Shown here: positions 30,695 to 40,811 of the stretch, piece by piece
Layout: each line of letters starts with the position of its first letter
Position numbering within the stretch: the stretch's first letter is position 1
Assembly (NCBI GenBank): GCA_964384545.1
Contig: CAYLKV010000009.1
Coordinates: forward strand, 13,619-77,618
Direction: 5' to 3'
Length of the DNA stretch: 64,000 nucleotides
DNA from: an uncultured Proteiniphilum sp.
GTDB lineage: Bacteria; Bacteroidota; Bacteroidia; Bacteroidales; Dysgonomonadaceae
Translations under genes and position numbers: made by a program
The notes under the pieces: model-generated
Told to the model about the DNA's origin: nothing
Seen by the model: the letters and a program-made list of their open reading frames with translations, nothing else
Databases searched by the model: none

Positions 30695-31676
30695 TTCTAT
30701 GTCTGTTAATTATTATTTCAGGTAAAATAGATGCGTCAAGTTCGGGATCATATATGTTGGTTTCTGCACCCACCACAGGCTCCATATTTTTATAAATCCA
30801 CAAAGATTTATCGGCTATTCCATCGCGGTTTGTATAATTTACAATATTTTGCTCCACTCTGATTGAGTGAGAGGGACCTGATTCTTTTTCCGACCAATTA
30901 CAAACACTTATAGCAACATTTGTGAAGTATTGCTTTTTGCCATACACCCTATTATTTCTGAGAGTCATATTGTTGCCTCCTCCAATTCCTATACCATATT
31001 GACCCGGATCTACCAATATGTTATCTTCTGCCAATTGATAAGAGCCACCCAAATCTCCCAGAAGAATTCCACCACCTGAAGGGGATGGCCCCCCGCCTCT
31101 GAGCCAATTACCTATAACCTCGATGGGACTATCTTTTGTGCCATGCGACTGATTAATATTTATAAGATCGCCCGGTGAACTTTGACCAAAAATATTCTCT
31201 ACTGCATTAAAATTAACACTATTATTCTCTCCTGTAACTCCAATAAATTGCACAACAAATCCGTTATTAGTGTCGTCTGATTCAGACAGCAGACCACCTA
31301 TATTAATCACATCATTATACTCAAATCTTACACCTTGTGAAGTTGAAGCTGTTAGTGCTGTATGAACATTCTCAAAAATATTATCAATTATTCTTACATT
31401 GCGGCAGTTGTAGAGATATACCCCTCTTTTATTTGATGCTCTGAACCTATTGTTTCTGATAATTACATTTTCACAGTCGTATAAACCAATTATATCACCA
31501 TCTACTCCTGTGAAATCTAAACCCTCAATTAAAATGTTCTTTTCATTCATATGTTTTATTGCAGCAGAAGCTTTAAAATCTTTTATATTCCTATTTCCTT
31601 GAGCAGTTGTTGTGAAAATAGGAAAGCATATAAGAAAAGCTATAACCCTAAAATATAACATATGAAAGAATTTCAT
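30687..31676 (-). CDS. Secreted right-handed parallel beta-helix repeat protein (polysaccharide lyase/hydrolase/epimerase-like); paralog of 51088-52407
   Basis: Signal peptide ...FTTTAQG. Repeated IIRNNRF / VRIIDNIF / LRNNRVY beta-helix rungs. High identity by eye to the product of 51088-52407. Overlaps the downstream GT4 by 8 nt. Confidence 0.75.
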   Translation of the reverse strand: MKFFHMLYFRVIAFLICFPIFTTTAQGNRNIKDFKASAAIKHMNEKNILIEGLDFTGVDGDIIGLYDCENVIIRNNRFRASNKRGVYLYNCRNVRIIDNIFENVHTALTASTSQGVRFEYNDVINIGGLLSESDDTNNGFVVQFIGVTGENNSVNFNAVENIFGQSSPGDLININQSHGTKDSPIEVIGNWLRGGGPSPSGGGILLGDLGGSYQLAEDNILVDPGQYGIGIGGGNNMTLRNNRVYGKKQYFTNVAISVCNWSEKESGPSHSIRVEQNIVNYTNRDGIADKSLWIYKNMEPVVGAETNIYDPELDASILPEIIINRHRNE

Positions 31677-31700
31677 TTTTAGCTTGTGAGACTGATATAA

Positions 31701-32171
31701 TTAATAATAATATCTCATTAAGTATGAATCATCATCGAGACCTTCCTCTTTTTTAAATCCTAATCGATAAGCCAATTTATAAGAATTGATGTTTTCTTTC
31801 AGTATATTGGCATAAATAGAGGATAAACCTATTGAACGGCCATATTCTACTAAATATTTGAGCATATCTATGCCTATTGCTTTTCCCCAATACTGCTTTT
31901 CACCTATATAGAGAAAGGCTTCTGCATCAATATCAGTTTTGTTTTTAAACCCTGCCACTCCAATTGGATCTTCATCACGCCATACCGAAAAGATAGTGTA
32001 GTCTTTCCTCTCTTTTAAACTTTGAAACCACCTCTCTCTACTTTCAGGATCGATATCAGGTGCATTAGTCATTCGTTTAATTTCGGGATCTTCCAACCAC
32101 TCCTTCGATTTTTCAAATATTGTTCTGTCGAATTCCTTGAATTGAACATCTATTATTCTTCTGAATTCCAT
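31701..32171 (-). CDS. GNAT-family N-acetyltransferase
   Basis: 156 aa. ...YWGKAIGIDMLKYLVEYGRS.GLSSIYANILKENINSYKLAYRLGF is a typical GNAT acetyl-CoA binding core. Confidence 0.75.
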   Translation of the reverse strand: MEFRRIIDVQFKEFDRTIFEKSKEWLEDPEIKRMTNAPDIDPESRERWFQSLKERKDYTIFSVWRDEDPIGVAGFKNKTDIDAEAFLYIGEKQYWGKAIGIDMLKYLVEYGRSIGLSSIYANILKENINSYKLAYRLGFKKEEGLDDDSYLMRYYY

Positions 32172-32242
32172 AAGAGTTCATTTTTGTGATTATTATAGTT
32201 AATATTAATTGTCATTTTACATATTGGAAGTACACCAATCAA

Positions 32243-33331
32243 TTAAATATCTTGAGCTTGTTGATCTTCTTTATACCATTTGTACATAAGATCTATACCA
32301 TCCTCAAGTTTAACAATATGATGCCAACCTAGTGATTTAAGCTTTGTTACATCATTTAATTTACGATAGGTGCCGTCGGGCATATTTGGATTAAATTTAA
32401 TTTTTCCTCTATACCCCACAATATCGGCAACTAAATAAGCAAGTTCTTTAATAGTTATCTCTTCACCTGTACCAATATTTATGTGACTGTTTCTGATCTC
32501 GTCCATATCTCTAACGATATCTCTGAAATTTACATTCTCAAGAATATATACACAAGCATCTGCAAGATCGTCGCTCCACAGAAACTCTCTTCGCGGCTTT
32601 CCTGTACCCCATAGCTCTAGATGATTTTTAAATATTCCGAATTTGTTTAATGTTAATACAAACTCATCTACCGTACTCTTACCATTAACATTATCGAGAT
32701 TCCTTCTCTTAATGTCGAGCTGAATACCACTCCAGTTATTATCCTGTAAACATTTGGCTAAGTGCATTTTCCTAATAAGAGCAGGCAGAACATGGCTCTT
32801 TTCGAGATCGAAGTTATCGTGTGGTCCATAGAGATTAGGAGGCATTACCGACAAGAAATTTGTGCCATATTGAATATTAAAGCTCTCACACATCTTTAAT
32901 CCTGCAATCTTTGCTAATGCATATGGCTCATTGGTATATTCGAGCGGTGAGGTGAGCAGATACTCCTCTTTAATAGGCTGTGGAGCCTCTTTTGGATAGA
33001 CACAGCTACTGCCTAGAAAGAGTAATTTCTTCACCTTATGCTTAAAACTCTCATAAATTACATTATTCTGAATTTGTAAGTTTTTATATATAAAATCGGC
33101 ACGATATGTATTGTTGGCAATAATTCCACCAACAAATGCAGCAGCAAGTATTACATAATCGGGCTTCTCATCGTTGAAGAACTGATTTACTGCAACACCG
33201 TCTAAAAGATCGAGTTCTTCATGAGTTCTTCCTATCAAATTATTATAACCTTTTGAAAGTAGGTTTTTGCATATGGCCGAACCCACCAATCCTCTATGTC
33301 CGGCAACATATATTTTACTATCTTTATTCAT
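32243..33331 (-). CDS. fcl: GDP-L-fucose synthase (GDP-4-keto-6-deoxy-D-mannose 3,5-epimerase/4-reductase)
   Basis: 362 aa SDR. IYVAGHRGLVGSAI, LFLGSSCVYP, YALAKIAG (YxxxK). Adjacent to gmd. Confidence 0.9.
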   Translation of the reverse strand: MNKDSKIYVAGHRGLVGSAICKNLLSKGYNNLIGRTHEELDLLDGVAVNQFFNDEKPDYVILAAAFVGGIIANNTYRADFIYKNLQIQNNVIYESFKHKVKKLLFLGSSCVYPKEAPQPIKEEYLLTSPLEYTNEPYALAKIAGLKMCESFNIQYGTNFLSVMPPNLYGPHDNFDLEKSHVLPALIRKMHLAKCLQDNNWSGIQLDIKRRNLDNVNGKSTVDEFVLTLNKFGIFKNHLELWGTGKPRREFLWSDDLADACVYILENVNFRDIVRDMDEIRNSHINIGTGEEITIKELAYLVADIVGYRGKIKFNPNMPDGTYRKLNDVTKLKSLGWHHIVKLEDGIDLMYKWYKEDQQAQDI

Positions 33332-33385
33332 TCTATTATTTTTATAATTTGCTCTTTACTAAAGTAAAATATCGATCTCTGTGCA

Positions 33386-34471
33386 TTATTCAATAATTAC
33401 CGCTTCCTTAGCTTTCAGCTGCTTTACATATAGTAAATCGTGGCGTACCATTAGGCGCACAAGCTCCTCAAATGATGTAGATCTGGGATTCCATCCAAGA
33501 AGCTCTTTTGCTTTTGTGGGATCGCCAAGCAGCTGTTCAACCTCAGCAGGACGGAAATATTTAGAATCAACCTCAATAAGTACTCTACCTGTGCTTGCAT
33601 CAACACCTTTTTCATCTACTCCCTCACCTACCCATTGAATGGTGATTCCTGCCTCTGCAAATGCATATGTACAAAATTCGCGTACGGTATGCATTTCACC
33701 TGTTGCCACAACAAAATCTTCAGGCTTATCGTGCTGAAGCATCAGCCACATACATTCAACATAATCTTTTGCATAGCCCCAGTCTCTTCTGGAACTTAAA
33801 TTACCCAGATAGAGTTTATCCTGTTCGTTATTAGCAATTCGGGCTACAGCAAGAGTTATTTTGCGAGTCACAAAAGTTTCTCCACGACGCTCACTCTCAT
33901 GATTGAAAAGTATACCATTAACTGCAAACATGTTATACGACTCTCTATAATTCTTTGTAATCCAAAAGCCATAAAGTTTTGCTACACCATAAGGACTACG
34001 TGGGTAGAAAGGTGTTGTTTCACGTTGTGGCACCTCTTGCACCAATCCGTAAAGCTCTGATGTTGAAGCTTGATAGATTCGGGTTTTCTTTTCAAGACCA
34101 AGTATTCTCACTGCCTCAAGTAGACGAAGTGTACCAACTGCATCGGTCTCTGCGGTATATTCAGGAACATCGAAACTAACCTTAACATGACTCTGAGCTG
34201 CCAGATTATATATCTCGTGAGGCTGAATTGTTTGAATTACCCTGATTAGTGAACTTGAGTCGGTCATATCTGCATAGTGAAGCTCAACAAGTCTCTCCTT
34301 TTTCATATCTTTTACCCACTCATCGAAGTAGAGATGCTCTATTCTTGATGTGTTGAATGAGGATGATCTGCGAAGCAAGCCATGAACCTCATACCCTTTA
34401 TCTATAAGAAACTCTGCGAGAAACGAACCGTCTTGGCCGGTGATACCAGTAATTAAAGCGACTTTTTTCAT
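33386..34471 (-). CDS. gmd: GDP-mannose 4,6-dehydratase
   Basis: 361 aa. [49 protein letters not shown] are all canonical Gmd motifs. Confidence 0.93.
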   Translation of the reverse strand: MKKVALITGITGQDGSFLAEFLIDKGYEVHGLLRRSSSFNTSRIEHLYFDEWVKDMKKERLVELHYADMTDSSSLIRVIQTIQPHEIYNLAAQSHVKVSFDVPEYTAETDAVGTLRLLEAVRILGLEKKTRIYQASTSELYGLVQEVPQRETTPFYPRSPYGVAKLYGFWITKNYRESYNMFAVNGILFNHESERRGETFVTRKITLAVARIANNEQDKLYLGNLSSRRDWGYAKDYVECMWLMLQHDKPEDFVVATGEMHTVREFCTYAFAEAGITIQWVGEGVDEKGVDASTGRVLIEVDSKYFRPAEVEQLLGDPTKAKELLGWNPRSTSFEELVRLMVRHDLLYVKQLKAKEAVIIE

Positions 34472-34500
34472 ATAATTATATTTATTGTTTTGTTGTTAAT

Positions 34501-35883
34501 CTAACCTGCATTTTTATATGCACTATTACCAAAAACTGTCATAAAGATTATCTTGAGATCCCAAAAGAAATTCCAGTTTTCGAGATAATCCATATCATAT
34601 TCAACCCTCTTTTCCATTTTCCAAAGTTCATCTGTCAATCCTCTGAACCCATTTACCTGAGCCCACCCGGTAATGCCAGGTTTTACGAAGTGACGAACCT
34701 TATAATGCTGTATGAGCTGAGAATATTGGTCGGTATGCTTCAACATGTGTGGCCTGGGTCCCACAACAGACATATTGCCAAGCAGAACATTTATAAACTG
34801 AGGCATCTCATCAATATTGGTTTTACGTAAGAAACTGCCAATTGAAGTTATCCTAGAATCATTAACCTGAGCCTGTTTACTATCGGACTCAGAATTAACA
34901 GTCATTGTTCTAAACTTTAAACAGTTGAATGTTTTATTATTAATACCGGTACGTTGTTGTACAAAAAAGACATTTCCTTTCGAATTAAGTTTTATGAGCA
35001 TTCCAATAATTGGGAACAGCCAACTAAAAATTAACACAATTACTGCAGTTGAAAAGATTATATCAAATAGTCTTTTTGTTAAACGCAAAGTGAGATCATC
35101 CAACGGTATCTTTTGTGGATTGAATATCTCGAAGTGAGTGGCCGACTGAACTTTCCTGCTTAATGGTTTACTCCAGTACCCATCCATCATAATATATCGC
35201 AATCTTATTCCTGTTTCATTACATTGCTTTAGCAGTTCTAATGTCTTCTTTTTTGTAAAATATTTAGGATTAGTAACAAACAGCATATTAATCTTATACC
35301 TCTCGGAGACCTTGTTAAGATCTTCGAGTGTTCCGAGTGGGCAATAGTCAGTCATATTTTGCATATCATTAATATATCCAACAAGACGGAATCCTAAAGA
35401 GGGATTATTATTTATCAATTTGCCAAGCAGTTGACTGGAATTTCCCATTCCTAGTATTGCTACTCGTTGAAATGTGTGTCCGTTAGAATATCTATATCGC
35501 TGATATTTATAGATAAAATAGAATACTGTTACTTTTACTACAAAGAAGAATACTGTATATTCGATCAGGAACCCTTTGTGATATCCATCTGGAAGAAAAA
35601 CCTCTGCAAGAACAAATTGAATAATAAGAAGTATAATGAAACGTACACTAAATGATTTTACTCTATCTGAATATTTATCTGTAAAAAAGTAATTTCTCTT
35701 TGAATAAAGTATGTATGCCAAAAGCTCTGACGCATTTGCATGCAAAATATAAAAATTCCTTCCCGGTAGATCTACATAATTATACATTGGACTATTATGA
35801 AAGACCATGTATGCTGAAACATTTAATAAAAACAGATCGAACAACAAAAAGAAAACGCGCATTCCTGAATTATTTGATTCCAT
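34501..35883 (-). CDS. Initiating polyprenyl-phosphate hexose-1-phosphate transferase (WcaJ/WbaP-like bacterial sugar transferase)
   Basis: 460 aa. N-terminal TM block, central CoA-binding-like domain, C-terminal KRLFDII...DEMPQFINVLLGNMSVVGPRPH...GITGWAQVNG. Confidence 0.88.
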   Translation of the reverse strand: MESNNSGMRVFFLLFDLFLLNVSAYMVFHNSPMYNYVDLPGRNFYILHANASELLAYILYSKRNYFFTDKYSDRVKSFSVRFIILLIIQFVLAEVFLPDGYHKGFLIEYTVFFFVVKVTVFYFIYKYQRYRYSNGHTFQRVAILGMGNSSQLLGKLINNNPSLGFRLVGYINDMQNMTDYCPLGTLEDLNKVSERYKINMLFVTNPKYFTKKKTLELLKQCNETGIRLRYIMMDGYWSKPLSRKVQSATHFEIFNPQKIPLDDLTLRLTKRLFDIIFSTAVIVLIFSWLFPIIGMLIKLNSKGNVFFVQQRTGINNKTFNCLKFRTMTVNSESDSKQAQVNDSRITSIGSFLRKTNIDEMPQFINVLLGNMSVVGPRPHMLKHTDQYSQLIQHYKVRHFVKPGITGWAQVNGFRGLTDELWKMEKRVEYDMDYLENWNFFWDLKIIFMTVFGNSAYKNAG

Positions 35884-35910
35884 ATCTCTTTTTCACTATT
35901 TCTTTTCTAC

Positions 35911-36660
35911 CTAATAAGTTTCGGGAGGTAATAGATCTATATTTGACTCACGACTAACATTCTTAAATTTCTCTTTTATCATCTCTACAACAAAAATTGT
36001 ATTACCAATCAGGTATCTTCTCCACATTCTTTTTGGCTCATTGATCAATCGGTAAAACCATTCTAAACCTGATGATATCATCCAAACAGGAGCTCGCATC
36101 ACTGTTCCGGCATAGAAGTCGAATACAGCACCAATACAACAAACATGAACAGCATTAATTTTCTCGAAATGTTGATATGCCCATTTCTCCTGTTTAGGTG
36201 CTGTCATTCCGACAAATAACACATCAGGATTTACATTATTTATTAGTTCAATCATCATACTACTATCCTCTTCTGAAAACTCTGCTTTATATGGTGGTGA
36301 ATATGTATACACCTTAATATTAGGATATTCTATGATTGCCCTATCTTTTATCAATGAGAGAGTAGATTCGCTGCTTCCAAGGAAAAAACAGCTTCCACCC
36401 TTTGCATTAACACGTTGCATCTCATATTTAAAAAGATCTTCTCCTGCAATTTTCTTAATCTTTTTTCCTTGTAGCCATCTTGCACCTATTACAACACTAA
36501 TTCCATCAGGTAAAAGGATATTACTTGCTTGAAGAGCTTTAAAGAAAACCGGATCTTTTCTTACTGTATTGAAAGAGTGGGCATTTAATGTTGTAATAAG
36601 CTGTTTCTCAATATTTAGCTCTTGAAGCGACCCATTATATAATTCGAATTTCCTAAACAT
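35911..36660 (-). CDS. WecB/TagA/CpsF-family glycosyltransferase (GT26)
   Basis: 249 aa. ILLPDGISVV...FFLGS...GMTAPKQEKW...IGAVFDFYAGTVMRAP. Confidence 0.85.
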   Translation of the reverse strand: MFRKFELYNGSLQELNIEKQLITTLNAHSFNTVRKDPVFFKALQASNILLPDGISVVIGARWLQGKKIKKIAGEDLFKYEMQRVNAKGGSCFFLGSSESTLSLIKDRAIIEYPNIKVYTYSPPYKAEFSEEDSSMMIELINNVNPDVLFVGMTAPKQEKWAYQHFEKINAVHVCCIGAVFDFYAGTVMRAPVWMISSGLEWFYRLINEPKRMWRRYLIGNTIFVVEMIKEKFKNVSRESNIDLLPPETY

Positions 36661-36681
36661 ATCTTATAGTTTTAATGTGAA

Positions 36682-37611
36682 TTAAGAATTAATTGACCAA
36701 CTGAAGCTGTATCTTAGTGATGTGATACCGTTATGATTTTCTTTGAAATTAAGTAAACCGAGGTTAGGTACACCATCTACAGATGAAATTCCCATATCTA
36801 AATATTCAAATCCCAATTCTTTGTAATATTCAAATATTTTTAAATACATTAGATCTACAACTCCTATACTTCTCTTTTGGAGAGAGCTTCCCATGAAAAT
36901 GCCCTGTGCTATACTTTCGTGACCACGATAAACTACTGCTGCACCTACATAATCGTTGTCGTTATCATTTATATAGAAAAAATCTACAGGAAACAGTTCT
37001 TTTACCTTCAAAATATCTTCTAATGACATATGTATATTGCGACCTAAACCTTCTCGGTTTTTAAATATTACATCATAAGTAGCTTCCATCTCTTCAGGGG
37101 TTGTTGCAATATTCCATTTGAGATTATTGCCTATTGCTTTTCTTATATTACCGGCAATATCACTCTTAGTCCATTTTCCATTAAACTTCTTCAGATCTAC
37201 AAAACTTGTTAAATCTGGCACCTCCATTTTATACCCAAGCCTGATAAATGCATTTACAAGCTTTGCATTCATATTATTTTGATATATATTCGGAGGAAGT
37301 GTAATAAAAATCTCCTTAAGTCTATTGCTTGATAAATAACCTTTTAGATCTGACAAAAAATTATAAATAATTTCATAAGACATATTTTCATGCCTGTAAT
37401 GTAATCCCCCAAATGGTGCAGAGAATGGAGAGCGCAATACATTATCTTTAAGTCCTACCAATAACCCTATTGAATTTACACCCTCCTTCATCAATCTTAA
37501 TATTTTATCTTGCTTATGTTCATTTAAAGTGACAAAAGCTTCACTAATGAATGGGTTTTTATCTATAGGAAAAAGGCCTCTAAATTCTTTATTAGATACT
37601 TCAACAAGCAT
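36682..37611 (-). CDS. FemAB-like / BioF2-like GNAT-fold acyl(aminoacyl)transferase
   Basis: 309 aa. C-terminal YVGAAVVYRGH..AQGIFMGSS...DLMYLKIFEYYKELGFEYLDMG...GLLNFKENHNG resembles Acetyltransf_6/FemAB family cores. Assignment from memory. Confidence 0.5.
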   Translation of the reverse strand: MLVEVSNKEFRGLFPIDKNPFISEAFVTLNEHKQDKILRLMKEGVNSIGLLVGLKDNVLRSPFSAPFGGLHYRHENMSYEIIYNFLSDLKGYLSSNRLKEIFITLPPNIYQNNMNAKLVNAFIRLGYKMEVPDLTSFVDLKKFNGKWTKSDIAGNIRKAIGNNLKWNIATTPEEMEATYDVIFKNREGLGRNIHMSLEDILKVKELFPVDFFYINDNDNDYVGAAVVYRGHESIAQGIFMGSSLQKRSIGVVDLMYLKIFEYYKELGFEYLDMGISSVDGVPNLGLLNFKENHNGITSLRYSFSWSINS

Positions 37612-37628
37612 TTTTTTAATTTTATAAG

Positions 37629-38753
37629 TTAATTATTAGATATTTCATATAAAATAAAGTGTAATCTCTGCTCAAAAATTGGCAGAGTAAACTGCTGTTC
37701 ATACTTAGCTCTTGCGTTTATTCCCATCTTTTCTTTTTGAGTTGGATTAAGTATAAAATACTCTATTTTATCGGCAAGAGAAACTGCATCGTCGTAGGGC
37801 GAAATGAGAAAGCCTGTTTTGCCATCTTCAACCATATCAGGCATTCCACCCTCTTTTGCAGTAATAACAGGAAGACTATGTTGCATTGCCTCAAGTATTA
37901 CTAAAGGAAAGCAATCGTATCGAGAAGGTAAAACAAACAGGTCTGCCTGTTCGAATACCATCTCTTTTAGTTTACCATATCGTTTACCCAGATACTCAAC
38001 TTGGTTTGTGAGACCCTTATTTTCTATGGATTCTTTAAGTTGTTTTATACTGACATCTCCTTCACCCCCAACAAAATCGCAATGAAATGAGTAACCTCTT
38101 TCTTTTAATATCGAACAGGCTTCGACAAGTACAAAAACACCCTTTTCTTTAATCAGATTAGAGAAGAAAAGTATTCTGAATGAATCGTTATCCGATAGAG
38201 TGAGGAAAGATGTTTCAGGTTGAAAATCCTTTATACCGTTAGGACAAATGTAGACTCTGCTTACAGGTACATAGGGTTGTATATCATAATAAAGATGATG
38301 AGACAATATAATTACACTGCTATTTTTAAATATAAACTTATAAAGGATGTCATTCAACCTCTTTTTATTTGCCTTTATAATACCTTTATTATGAATATGG
38401 TAGACTGTTTTTACATTAAACAGACGCAAAAGTGTAATTAACAGAAAATCTTTGCGAAATCCACTTCCTGTGGTAGTAAGTGCATAGTAACATAGATTTG
38501 GTCTGCGATTTATTAGCTTACCTAACAGATTGAACCAGATTATTGTGAAACGGATCAATTTCTTAATATTTGTTTTACCACTCTCATGTACATGTCTGGA
38601 GAGAATAAGATTAATATATCTGCCATCAAAGGCATCGTTAATTAATTTACTCTCTTTCACAAGCTCTCCTACTAGTGATGAACCATGAACAGGTGGAGGC
38701 AGGTGAAGCATAAAAAGAATATTTTTACGTGAATTACTCGTTGCTGGTTTCAT
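37629..38753 (-). CDS. Glycosyltransferase family 4
   Basis: ...FVLPSRYDCFPLVILEAMQHSLPVITAKEGGMPDMVEDGKTGFL (EX7E). Start at ATG 38753 (MKPATSNSRKNILFMLHL) is preferred over 38789. Confidence 0.85.
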   Translation of the reverse strand: MKPATSNSRKNILFMLHLPPPVHGSSLVGELVKESKLINDAFDGRYINLILSRHVHESGKTNIKKLIRFTIIWFNLLGKLINRRPNLCYYALTTTGSGFRKDFLLITLLRLFNVKTVYHIHNKGIIKANKKRLNDILYKFIFKNSSVIILSHHLYYDIQPYVPVSRVYICPNGIKDFQPETSFLTLSDNDSFRILFFSNLIKEKGVFVLVEACSILKERGYSFHCDFVGGEGDVSIKQLKESIENKGLTNQVEYLGKRYGKLKEMVFEQADLFVLPSRYDCFPLVILEAMQHSLPVITAKEGGMPDMVEDGKTGFLISPYDDAVSLADKIEYFILNPTQKEKMGINARAKYEQQFTLPIFEQRLHFILYEISNN

Positions 38754-39933
38754 AATTTTTTGGATATGATATCGGCTTTCCTGTTTCACTGTTAATAAGT
38801 TTACTCCACTCTATCAGAAATGAAGGTCGATAATCTTCAATTAATGGTGGGGATTCGGCCAAAGAGATTATGTCGACAGGTTTTAAATCTTTTACAAAGT
38901 GATGAAATTTATTAAATGCATCGTCACTATCAAGAGGATTGAATAGAAGTCCATTTTCACAATCAATTAAACTTGAAGCTCCTGCATTGATTGAACAGAG
39001 TACTTTTTTACCAAAAATAAGGGCTTCGTTAACAACAGCTCCAAATGTTTCAGAAATACTTGGAAGAACAAGCCCTGAGGCAGTTGCGTACCATCCATAA
39101 AGTTCGTCACCTTGATATTTTCCAACAAAAAGAACTCGATTTTCAAGTCTGTTCTCATTTACTATAGTTCTTATGCGAGCCTCTTCACTGCCATCGCCCA
39201 CCAATATAAACCTTATATTGTCGTCGGATTTAAGTTGAGGAGCAATTACTTCAATAAATTGTGGTAATGCTTTCTCAGATACTAATCGTCCTACAAACAG
39301 GATTACTTTCTTACCAACAAGATTATAGTAGTCAATATATTGGTTTGCGTAACGCTCAATTATATTTGAGTTTTTCCTTAATCTCTCAGGCAATTGAAGA
39401 ATAGGCGAAATAAGAACTTTTCTATCATTCAGATGAAATTTATTGCGATAGAAACGAGCTACTTCACTTGACATAACAACAATAAAATCGAGTTTTCGAA
39501 CAGTTCTCTTGCGAATAAATTCTCTAGCTTTAGTCTGTACATTTTTGCAAATATCAGGACTATCATCTATAAACGAGCCTATCTTTTTATTTATGATTCC
39601 TAATCTATTTAACAGAAGTAGATATTGCGTTGTGAGAGAGTATTCGAAACCCATAATGATATCTGGATTAAACATCTTAATTTCACGCAGCATACCTAAT
39701 CGAAACAGACGTCTTTTAAGTATCACTCCCTTTAACAGGTAGGAATATTTAAACTGACATAACTCTCTCAATTTTTGTTGGTCCATATTAAAATTCAATA
39801 AGTTTTCCATAAGAAACACCACCTTCAGATCATATGTCTCATTTAGAGAATTAAACTGATCTATTCTGTATGGAGCCAATGTAGGATGAAATATAAGCAT
39901 ACGCTGTTTTCGATTTAGTTCTTTATTATGCAT
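38734..39933 (-). CDS. Glycosyltransferase, GT-B fold (GT4-like)
   Basis: 399 aa. ...ILFVGRLVSEKALPQFIE...VLPSISETFGAVVNEALIFGKKVLCS. Confidence 0.75.
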   Translation of the reverse strand: MHNKELNRKQRMLIFHPTLAPYRIDQFNSLNETYDLKVVFLMENLLNFNMDQQKLRELCQFKYSYLLKGVILKRRLFRLGMLREIKMFNPDIIMGFEYSLTTQYLLLLNRLGIINKKIGSFIDDSPDICKNVQTKAREFIRKRTVRKLDFIVVMSSEVARFYRNKFHLNDRKVLISPILQLPERLRKNSNIIERYANQYIDYYNLVGKKVILFVGRLVSEKALPQFIEVIAPQLKSDDNIRFILVGDGSEEARIRTIVNENRLENRVLFVGKYQGDELYGWYATASGLVLPSISETFGAVVNEALIFGKKVLCSINAGASSLIDCENGLLFNPLDSDDAFNKFHHFVKDLKPVDIISLAESPPLIEDYRPSFLIEWSKLINSETGKPISYPKNYETSNE

Positions 39934-39944
39934 AAACCTATATA

Positions 39945-40811
39945 TTAATTTTTAACTCGTTCCCATATAAGTGGGAATAAAGTTTTCATCCATAACATTA
40001 TATAAGAATAGGGCAAAAAGAGTGGAAAATGTTTACCTATATAGTAGAGGTACTCTTTATATGCCAAGCCTTTTGGGCTTTTTAAGTATGCAATACGCTC
40101 TTTAAGGGAATAACTGTTACTACGCCAATTTTTACCATGATCATCGGCACACTCACCACATATTCCTGGAGCGAGAAGCACAGGTATTTTTTTTCTTGAA
40201 GCTTGCAAAGAGTAGTCGTAGTCGGCAATTCCATGAGTGAAATGATTATCAAAAATTCCAATTTTATCAACAACATCCTTGCTTACCCAAAGAATATTTG
40301 CATTTGTAATCTGACACCTTTGTGGTTTTTTGAGGGGAGAAAGCATCCTTAATCTGACAACAAACAGGTAGTTATAAACTTTACTCCCTCCATAAGTTAT
40401 TCTACCATTAGTACTATCAACCGTAGCACCACTATAGATTCCCTTCTTTCCAGTATCTGCATAAGCGTTAATGTCTGTTTCAATTAGGTTTAAAAAGAAA
40501 TCGGGATAAAGAATTACATCATCATTTAATAGCAGAAATGCATCATAATCCTTCTTTATTATTGCCGTATTCCAAGCGAGCCTCATGCCACCTGCCCAAA
40601 ATAACTGACCGTTACCTTTAATCAGCACTACTTCAGGAAACAGCTCACTTACCGTTTGATAAGTGCCATCTGTAGAACCATCGTCAGTCAGGTATACATC
40701 CACTGTATAATCCGAAGGTATTTTAGCCCTAAAAAGTGATTCGAGACAAGCCACTGTCTTATTTTTCCTGTTGTGGCATGTCAGCAAGACTGCTATATTT
40801 TCTTTTTTCAT
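39945..40811 (-). CDS. Glycosyltransferase family 2
   Basis: IAVLLTCHNRKNKTVACLESL...YLTDDGSTDGT...LLLNDDVIL (DXD). ATG 40811 is preferred over 40850. Overlaps the end of the preceding wzy-like gene. Confidence 0.8.
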   Translation of the reverse strand: MKKENIAVLLTCHNRKNKTVACLESLFRAKIPSDYTVDVYLTDDGSTDGTYQTVSELFPEVVLIKGNGQLFWAGGMRLAWNTAIIKKDYDAFLLLNDDVILYPDFFLNLIETDINAYADTGKKGIYSGATVDSTNGRITYGGSKVYNYLFVVRLRMLSPLKKPQRCQITNANILWVSKDVVDKIGIFDNHFTHGIADYDYSLQASRKKIPVLLAPGICGECADDHGKNWRSNSYSLKERIAYLKSPKGLAYKEYLYYIGKHFPLFLPYSYIMLWMKTLFPLIWERVKN

